From Chloropicon primus (taxonomy: Eukaryota), in assembly GCA_023205875.1 (NCBI GenBank), contig CP060764.1, forward strand, positions 1 through 64,000: 64,000 nucleotides of DNA. Direction: 5' to 3'. Within the stretch, counting starts at the first letter, position 1, and each line of letters opens with the position of its first letter. Made by a program: the position numbers and the translations under genes. The notes under the pieces were generated by a model. That model had not been told where the DNA came from, ran no database searches, and was given only the letters and a program-made list of their open reading frames with translations. Positions 22,731 to 30,281 of the stretch are shown here, in pieces.

Positions 22731-24116
22731 TTAGGCGCCGGGCCGTCTCAACCTGTCTCCCCCTGAGAGGATCTCAACCTTTTCGATGACGTCCCCACCT
22801 TCAACTTGCGCCACCAGGTCAGCTCCACTGGTCACGTACCCCACCACGCTGAACTGCCCCTCGTCGAAACTGAGCCCGGCCAAACCTCCCATGGATTCGT
22901 CAAACTTGTAGATGAAGAAATTCTCTGTGCTGGACTTGTTCGCGTCAGCGCTGTCGTGAGACATCACAACGGCACCGAAGACGCTCATGGGAAGGATGGG
23001 GTACTCCATCTCGAGCACGTCAAGCTGCTGGTTGTAGAAGGGTTCGAACTCCCCGGTCTGAAAAATCTCCAGCGGAAGAGTTTTTGGCACAAACTCGCCA
23101 CTGGAAGCGGGCTCCCCTCCGTCCATTTCGGCAGCGCCCTCAGCCTCAGACGCCTGGGCAAAGGCTCCCTTCTTTGCATTCATGATCAAGGCGGTGCCGT
23201 TCAAGTCCTGAAGAATTTCGATGCCATCGTACTTCCTGCTCTTGATGTTGGTCAGGAGCTGGCCCGAGGTCACGGGCGCGGAGAATCCGTCCAGGTCTAT
23301 CGTCACCGTTCCCACCGAGTCCTGCCTCGTCTCCTCGTCCAGGACGTACAGTTTTGGGGATCCAGCCTTCTTCCTTATGGTCAGCCTTACCTGGGCGCGG
23401 CCTGTGAGGACCGGGTACTTTGCTACCAGATCCCTTGGCAGGCTGTACGGCAGCCCCCTAACTTGGGCCAGCTCTACCGTGTTCACGTTGCTAAGCGCCA
23501 CGCTCAGGTACTTGGTGCTGTACGTCGCGTCCTTGTATTCGATCCCTCTCAGCACTTGGCCAAAGGCCACGTCCATACTTTCGATGTTTTCCCGAACCTG
23601 TCGCTGCGCCTCTTCCCCGGCCGTAACGTCCTTCAAGATGGCTTCCATGACGCTCGGGTTCCTGACCTTGTCCCTGCACTCTGTCAGCTTCTGGCCCATC
23701 TTGTCCCACTGCTTCCTTTGAGGAATCCTCAGCAAGGAGGCCACGTCCTCGAGCAGCTTCTGTATCTCGGCCATCTCCGAGTTCACCACCGGCGTCGACC
23801 GCCTCAACGCCGCCTCCGCGTTCCTCGGTATCTTTGCGTTCGGGTTGCCCTTCAGGATCGCATGCGCGGGGGAAGCCACCGCCAGGGGAAGCTGCAAGCA
23901 CACGCAGAGGGCCACCACTGGAACCTTGGAACCCAGCACCTCCAACGAGGATTCCAGCAGCGTGGAGAACCACGTCTTCGTCCTCGGCCTCGAGGCGTGG
24001 CATCCCGTCCCTACACGCCGTGAAGCGAGGCACGAACGCCTCAGCCTCCTGCCCTGACTCCAGTCTCTCCCTCTCCCTCGAGGAGGAGAAGCCATTCCGA
24101 GGAGGTTTGTTGTCAT
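22731..24116 (-). CDS. CYP37: Thylakoid lumen cyclophilin CYP37-like
   Basis: EAALRRSTP, LRIPQRKQWDKM, DGFSAPVTSG, LPMSVFGAV, GLAGLSFDEGQFSVVGYVT. Confidence 0.88.
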   Translation of the reverse strand: MTTNLLGMASPPRGRGRDWSQGRRLRRSCLASRRVGTGCHASRPRTKTWFSTLLESSLEVLGSKVPVVALCVCLQLPLAVASPAHAILKGNPNAKIPRNAEAALRRSTPVVNSEMAEIQKLLEDVASLLRIPQRKQWDKMGQKLTECRDKVRNPSVMEAILKDVTAGEEAQRQVRENIESMDVAFGQVLRGIEYKDATYSTKYLSVALSNVNTVELAQVRGLPYSLPRDLVAKYPVLTGRAQVRLTIRKKAGSPKLYVLDEETRQDSVGTVTIDLDGFSAPVTSGQLLTNIKSRKYDGIEILQDLNGTALIMNAKKGAFAQASEAEGAAEMDGGEPASSGEFVPKTLPLEIFQTGEFEPFYNQQLDVLEMEYPILPMSVFGAVVMSHDSADANKSSTENFFIYKFDESMGGLAGLSFDEGQFSVVGYVTSGADLVAQVEGGDVIEKVEILSGGDRLRRPGA

Positions 24117-24175
24117 GATGATGATGATGATGATGTTGATGGTGGTGGTGGCGGTGGTGATCCCTGGCGTTTCCT

Positions 24176-24529
24176 TCACCTGTTTTGGTTTCTTTGGCGT
24201 CTGCTGGCGTAGTCTGTGGTGTCCGGCCCAATATCCTTGGACCCAATGTTCGTGTACGCTCCCCTAATGGCGGCCTGGGCGGACAAAGGCCTCTCCGTCT
24301 TGGTCGTCAGTGTGTTCTGGGGATCCAGCTTGGCCTGGAACCATAGAAGTGGTCCCAGCCCTAAGCCGCACAAGACAGCCCCGGCGAGGACAAGGGCCGT
24401 TCTCCTCGTGCCTGCCTTTTGGGCCTCCCTGTATTCCCTCGCTCTCCCTGGGAACGTAATCTTTGCCCTCCTCCGCACGCAACAACAAGCAACACGACCC
24501 ACGACCACGACGATCCGATCGACGACAGA
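24176..24529 (-). CDS. Small single-TM protein resembling a plant/algal family; no in-frame ATG before the element
   Basis: TM segment ALVLAGAVLCGLGLGPLLW then PLSAQAAIRGAYTNIGSKDIGPD, recalling a conserved RGxYxNxGSxDxGPD motif. Confidence 0.6.
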   Translation of the reverse strand, partial: SVVDRIVVVVGRVACCCVRRRAKITFPGRAREYREAQKAGTRRTALVLAGAVLCGLGLGPLLWFQAKLDPQNTLTTKTERPLSAQAAIRGAYTNIGSKDIGPDTTDYASRRQRNQNR

Positions 24530-24678
24530 TGTTGGAGGTTTTCCCCTGTTGGTGGGATTCCAGTGTATACCAGTTTGGTCACACCCAAAGGACAACCCAC
24601 AAAATGTTTGCTCGTGTTCTCACTTGCTGGACAAGGCCAGTCTATAGTTACGAGGAGTTACGAGGAGGGAAGCGAGTG

Positions 24679-24687
24679 AAACCCTAA
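24679..24687 (+). promoter_or_regulatory. Telo-box-like AAACCCTAA just upstream of the ORF1 ATG inside the element
   Basis: Motif ends 8 nt before ATG 24696 and is conserved in copy 1 (TTAGGGTTT, 6658-6666); preceded by tandem AGTTACGAGG x2. Confidence 0.35.
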
Positions 24688-24695
24688 TAACCGTC

Positions 24696-25376
24696 ATGGC
24701 GCGATCAGGGAAGCGCCGTAAGAAAAAGGAGAAGCAGGGGAGTGGCTCGACGAGTTCCACAAGGAGGTCGCACTCTGGCGAGAGTCATGCTCAGGGCGAT
24801 TCGAGGTCGGGGCAGGAGTCTCCGACGACGGAGCCGTTACGTCGGTTCTGGAATCAGGGTTTAGCCTGGCTCTACGCGTTGTGCCTGCTTCCTATCGCGG
24901 ACGACCCCGCCTCTGCGGGTGAGGGTTCGAGCACGCCTCGCAAGAAGCGGGGGGGGAAGCGGAAGGAGAAGCCGCTGGACGACCCCGCCTCTGCTTTCGA
25001 GGAGGGTTCGAGCACGCCTCGCAAGAAGCGGGGGGGGAAGCGGAAGGGGCGTCCGCCGGAGGCGGACGCCTCTGCGGGTGAGAGTTCGAGCTCGTCAGGC
25101 AAGCCTCGCAAGAAGCCTCGCAAGAAGGGCAAGAAGAAGAACAAGAAGAAGGGTAAGAAGAAGAAGAACAAGAGGGGGAAGAAAGCAGGGAAGCAGCCGG
25201 GTGGCTTGGCGGACGACAGCGTGAAGAAGACCTGGTTCTCATCGATCAAGAGAGAACTTGTAGAGGTAAAGTGTCCGAAGACGGGATGGAGGTCGTGCTT
25301 GAACCTTCCAGAAGATTCTGTGGTATCCGTCGAGACATTGCAGTCGCCCGCCAAAAGGAAGAGGGGCAGAAACTGA
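24696..25376 (+). CDS. Element ORF1: 226-aa Lys/Arg-rich protein with internal repeats, function unknown
   Basis: ATG-initiated ORF; DDPASA..GSSTPRKKRGG repeated; poly-Lys tract; overlaps the Fanzor start in the -1 frame. Confidence 0.55.
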   Translation: MARSGKRRKKKEKQGSGSTSSTRRSHSGESHAQGDSRSGQESPTTEPLRRFWNQGLAWLYALCLLPIADDPASAGEGSSTPRKKRGGKRKEKPLDDPASAFEEGSSTPRKKRGGKRKGRPPEADASAGESSSSSGKPRKKPRKKGKKKNKKKGKKKKNKRGKKAGKQPGGLADDSVKKTWFSSIKRELVEVKCPKTGWRSCLNLPEDSVVSVETLQSPAKRKRGRN

Positions 25377-26863
25377 AGACCTCCAAGGTATTGTCGGAGC
25401 GAACGGTGATGCGGACGAGGAAGCTTAGGATGCGCTTGAACCCTGAGCAGGCGAGAACACTTTGCAACTGGATGGGAGCTGCGCGTTTCACATACAACAA
25501 GTGTTTGGAGGCGGTCAAGAAGGAGGGTTTTCCGCTGGTTTGGACCGTCCTGCTGGACAGATTTGTGACGGCCAAACCGCGACGCCCTGAGGTCTTTGAG
25601 GGCCTGGAGAAAGAGCTGAAAGAAATCCAATGCTCTCCACGGCCATGGACAAAACAGGAGGCAGAGCTTTTCGCGGCCAGAGAGAACAGACTCGAGAGCC
25701 TCATTGGAGGCAGAGCTTTTCGCACCGAAGTGGCCAAGGACCGGGACTACGTTAGCGGGGCCTTTGTAAATCAGAAGCATCCTTGGCTGAAGGATACCCC
25801 CTGTGCCATCAGACAAGCTGCCGTGCGAAGTCTCATCAAGGCATGGGATTCGAACATCGCGAAGCAGGAAGCGATGAAGGAGCGCGGCGAGGAGAAGGGG
25901 CACCGCTTCGTTCTCAAGTATCGTCAACGTCAGCAACCGAGTTCTTGGACCATTGAAATTGATGCAAGAGAGTTAAAGAACGTGGAGACGATCGAAAGGC
26001 CAAACACGAGACACAAGGATGACACCAAGCACAAGAAACGACGCAAGTGGACCAAGCTGGAGGTGTTCAAGGAGAAGATGGCCGGCGGGCCCCTGTACTT
26101 GACGGAGGAGATCCCCGGGGGCAAGATCGAGGGTGCCGTGAAGATCACAAGAAATCGCCTTGGGCAGTTCCACATGCACATTCCCATCGCGACGCCATGG
26201 GATCGCCTGCCACCCCTGAAGCCTGAGAACAAGCGGAAGGTTGTCGCCCTGGATCCGGGAGTCAGGACCTTTCAGACGTCGTACTCGCCGCAAGAAGGCG
26301 TCGGGGAGTATGCCAAGGGCGAGCGAGGCTTCGCGAGGCTGTTCAACCTCTGCTGGAGGATTGATGAGATCATTTCCGAGCGCAAAGACCCAAAGGTGAA
26401 GCTCCCTTACCTCGACCGCCGCGACTTGAAGAGACAGCAATACGCCTGCATGGAGAAACTTCGAGGTCTGACGAACGAGCTTCACAAAAAGGTAGCCAAC
26501 GATCTATGCAGGAGGTTCGACACAATCCTCCTCCCGGAGTTCAAGTCCCAAGACATGGTGAAGAAGAACAACAACGGGAGACGCCGAGTGATCAGGAAGA
26601 AGACGGCTCGCACGCTCTTGACGTTGAGGCACTATGCGTTCAGAACGTTCTTGGCTTCCAAGGTGCTCTTGCACGGCAGTGAGCTGGCGATCGTGACGGA
26701 GGAGTACACCTCCAAGACCTGTGGCAAGTGCGGACACATCAAGGACAACCTGGGTGGAGCAGAGGTGTACAAGTGCCAGAAGTGTGGCTTCAAGTGCGGT
26801 CGGGATGTGAACGGGGCACGCAACGTCCTCCTGAAGCACTTGCGTCAACCAAAAAGTGTGTAA
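25286..26863 (+). CDS. Fanzor2/TnpB-like RNA-guided RuvC endonuclease (first ATG 25286; GTG at 25271)
   Basis: Same intact motifs as copy 1 (ALDPGVRTF, TEEYTSKTCGKC, CQKC, RDVNGARN); about 18 aa differences over 530 by eye. Confidence 0.93.
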   Translation: MEVVLEPSRRFCGIRRDIAVARQKEEGQKLKTSKVLSERTVMRTRKLRMRLNPEQARTLCNWMGAARFTYNKCLEAVKKEGFPLVWTVLLDRFVTAKPRRPEVFEGLEKELKEIQCSPRPWTKQEAELFAARENRLESLIGGRAFRTEVAKDRDYVSGAFVNQKHPWLKDTPCAIRQAAVRSLIKAWDSNIAKQEAMKERGEEKGHRFVLKYRQRQQPSSWTIEIDARELKNVETIERPNTRHKDDTKHKKRRKWTKLEVFKEKMAGGPLYLTEEIPGGKIEGAVKITRNRLGQFHMHIPIATPWDRLPPLKPENKRKVVALDPGVRTFQTSYSPQEGVGEYAKGERGFARLFNLCWRIDEIISERKDPKVKLPYLDRRDLKRQQYACMEKLRGLTNELHKKVANDLCRRFDTILLPEFKSQDMVKKNNNGRRRVIRKKTARTLLTLRHYAFRTFLASKVLLHGSELAIVTEEYTSKTCGKCGHIKDNLGGAEVYKCQKCGFKCGRDVNGARNVLLKHLRQPKSV

Positions 26864-27171
26864 CTCCTCAGGGTTGCACATACGTTTGTTAGTACGGGCT
26901 GCCGTGCGCTAAGTGGGCGGAAGTATTCGTTCATGTACGGTGGAATGGTCGTGGTAGGGCTGAATTACCCTGCCGAGAAACTTACAAACTCGGTGAAACG
27001 ACCTTTGCAGAAAACTAACAGGTAAGTAGGGGCCGGCCTCCTCTTTCAGTGGAAAGGAGAACTTGCCTTTGTGCTTCCAGTATTGACTGTGATTTCCCTA
27101 CCGTCCTTTCGTGACTTTTCTGTGTGCTGTTTTGATCTGATGTCTGAACACCATAACAAAAGAATAAGATA
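26864..27171 (+). ncRNA. Candidate omegaRNA, copy 2: scaffold to ~27150 plus guide (CCAUAACAAAAGAAUAAGAU)
   Basis: Stems GGTCGT/ACGACC (26947/26998), GGTAGGG/CCCTGCC (26953/26968), CCGAG/CTCGG (26973/26989), CTGCC/GGCGG (26899/26916). Confidence 0.65.
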
Positions 27172-27413
27172 TTGATATACTTATTGGCTTTGATGCATGG
27201 TTTGGTTTGATCGTCTCTTCCACTTTCCCAGGAGGAGAGGAACTGCAACTTGGATGGAGGGGAACCTTGGCTTTGATGCATTGTGTTGTGGGTAGGTAGG
27301 GAGGGGGAGAGTCGTGTTGGCGGGTGAGGTGTTGGAGGGGATCCACGGCTGGGGTTCTGTGCGGGATCAATCCGGTGGATGCGAACAAGAATCAAAGGTG
27401 TTGATAAGAAAGA

Positions 27414-29805
27414 TTATGGATTCGCGGGCATCTGCGCCGTCGTCGCCTGGGGCATCATGGGCATCATGGGCATCATGGGCATCGCCATCGGGACGCCGAC
27501 CATTCCAGGCATGCCGCCTGCCTGCTGCATCAGCGAAAGTCAAGAGAACAAAGAGAGAGAGAGAAAGAGGAAAAGCCGTGTGAGTGAGTGAGAACCAAGT
27601 CGTCGATTGGCGATGGGACGTACCATCTGCTGCTGCATCTGCATTTGCTGCATTTGCAACCCCATCATCATCGCCTGTTGGGCCTGGGCCTGCTTCTGCT
27701 GCAGGTGCTGCTCCAGTGCCATCTCCACCCGCTGAGCCATCGACTTCTGGAGCTCGATGTCCTTCTCTCCAAAGTCTGGGGGCCTGTGGACTCCGAGCAG
27801 GCAAAACGCCCCCACGCTTCTCCCGCCCACCTGCACGGGAACGCCAGAGTAAAAGAAGTCACCGCCGTTCATGATCCCTTCAAAGTATGTCATGAGGATT
27901 TTCTTGGTCTCCTCGTCCTTGTCGTTCCACTCCAACACGTTGTCGTTGTTCTCCAACCGTTGGAGGAACTCCCTCATCTTCACGTCCGTCTTCGTGGCTT
28001 GCTTCATGTCCTCAAAAGTTGTGCGAGGAGGAAGGTTGTCCGTGTCTTCCTTGCCTTGGGTGTTTTGGAACATTATCGGCTCATCTTTGGCGATCACGTG
28101 CTGGCACATTCCCACCTTCCTCGGTACCTTCATCCCACACAGATCAATCGCGCACTCGACCGGCTTGTCCTTGTCCTTCATGGTCTCCGTCACAACGCAC
28201 GGAGGCATGTATCCGCACGAAGTGAATTGGGTATTTTGGTCGAGAATTGTCGCTTGGCAAATCACGTTCCACTTTTGCGTTGCCTCCATGCACACTTCCT
28301 TGACCTTGGGCAGCACCGTGTCCTCGTTGTTCAAGTGCTTGTACGTCACGAAAGGACGGGACGGAGATGAAAACGAAAACAGTGTCTGTCAGCGCAAACC
28401 GTCAACGTCGAAAAGGTCGAGCAACTCACCATGAAACCTCCGTTGTTCACGACCAGAAGTCGCTCCGGCTCTCTCGCAGGCATTGGGAACTTTGTCATGC
28501 AGTCCTTGACCTCGGTGAGCATCGACTTGAGCTCATCCACCTGCCTCTTCAAAAAATCATTCTGCAGCCTCTGCAGCTCCGCATCCTGCTGCACTTTCAA
28601 AAAGCTGCTTGTCATCTCCTTGAGCTGCTCTTCCGTCTTCAGCACGCTCTCCCTCGTCTCCTTCATGTGCTCCCGCTGCTGTTCCTCGATCGTCCGGATC
28701 ACTGAGCTCGTCTTGGCCACCTCGTCACCCACAGCTCTAAGGCTCCTCCTGGCGGCGGTGATGTTGGCGTTCAGGACCTGGTCAGACGCCTCCATGTGCT
28801 CCGCAAGAGCCTGGGCAGCGTCGGGATCCTTCTCCAGGGCATCGGCACCGCCGAGCTCGTCCACCTTCTTGCGGAGCTCCTCCGACTGCTGGAACTTGGC
28901 CTTGGTGATGGCCGCAGTGTCCACACTCACGCTCAGGTTGAGGCGGTTGATGGCCTCCTCAATCCTGACCCGGAGGTCTTCGAACTTGCTCCTGTCGGAC
29001 TTGGCAAGGAAGGTGGCCGCGATGATGCCACGGTCCTGCATCTTTTGCATCAATACCAGCCCCTCCTCCAGGGAATCCTTGACGTCCGAGACGACCTCCT
29101 CGTGACTCTCCAGGTTCTCCGCTTTCAGAAGTATCTTCTCCAGCATCTGCACGATCTTGCCGAACTCAACGCAGTCCGCCTTGAGCGTTACCGCAGTCAC
29201 CGCGCTGCTCGCTATGGCGCCAATCAGGTAGGCCACCGGGGCCACGAAAGGCACCGTCTTGGCCACCTCGAGCAAGGCCTCTCCCGTCACCTTGACCAGC
29301 TCCTCTGGCGCACTCTGGATTGTCGCGTCGCTGTTGACGACCGCCGTTACCGCTGCCGTTGCCATCGCCCCCGCAACCGCCCCGGCCGCTGCGATCTCTG
29401 CAGCCCCCTCCAACCTCTCCGAGAGGTTCTCCTCCATACCATCATCATGGCCATTCTGTTTTGCTTGTCCTGTCTGTCCACCTTGGTCGGCCGCATTGGG
29501 TTGGAAGGGAGTGTCACTTGCGACTGAGCGAGGCGTGCCAGGCTCCTCGGGTATGGAAGTGAGTATGGTGCTCGTCCTCTGTATTGGCAGGTCCTCGCTC
29601 ACCTAATGCAAGGACAGTGTGGTCCAAAACGGCTTATCAGTGATTCAAAGTTTTTCCAATGGAGGGAGGCCAAAGAACCTTGCTGAGGGAACAAGTGGAA
29701 GACAATGGGAGAAGAGGGGACAAAGGCAATCCCATTGATCCCATGTGGTGGCGTGTGTTTTGGTCTGAGTGAGTGTCTTACCTGAGTCGAGGTGCCGCAC
29801 CCCAT
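27414..29805 (-). CDS. Multi-exon N-acylated protein: helical bundle, coiled coil, GAF domain, Gln/Met-rich tail
   Basis: Exon 1 MGCGTSTQ|gtaag; AKTVPFVAPVAYLIGAI; PRKVGMCQHVI, FFYSGVPV..VGAFCLL (GAF-like); last exon ends ..MPANP*. Confidence 0.7.
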
Positions 29806-30281
29806 GGTCCCTCTTTCCGTCACGTCACGTCACGTCACGTGAGGCTGCGTGCTGAATAGACGATTTTTGATTCCTTTTTGGCCTCTCAGCCTCCCTCGGA
29901 AAAGGGGCCAGGCCCAGGACAGGAGCAGGAGCAGGAGAGGCGAGGACATTAGGTGTACTGGTCCCGCACCCCATGGCGCGCTTCTCTTCCTGACTCTGCG
30001 CCGTGTCAAAGACAAAGGTGGCGCCTTTGCCTCACCTGTCTCTTCCTCAATCCGTTTTTCGAGGCATCGTACCATGATATCTTGGCTTGGCGTTAGGACG
30101 TTAGGAGGAGGGGGGGAAAGGAGTCTCAGACGTGCGTCCTTCAGTCCTAATTTCACTCCATTTCTTTCAGGACACGGCGCCCGCGACATCGTCAAGCGGA
30201 TGGAAGAGAACATTAACATTGCATTCATTGACCATTTAATGATTCTTTTGTTCCTTCTCTTTCCTCCTTCCTTCCTGCTTT

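Larger units (their letters stand above)
24530..27151 (+). mobile_element. Fanzor-encoding element, copy 2
   Basis: Full-length homolog of 4210-6816 in inverted orientation; no TSD and no long TIR. Confidence 0.93.

Noticed and set aside
24696..25376. ORF1 as an IS607 TnpA or IS200 Y1 transposase
   Set aside because: No YxRVS serine-recombinase motif, MerR HTH or HUH motif; low complexity.
24530..27151. DDE-type TIR transposon or LTR element
   Set aside because: Only 4 bp of terminal inversion (TGTT/AACA), no TSD, no LTRs, and no DDE or RT ORF.
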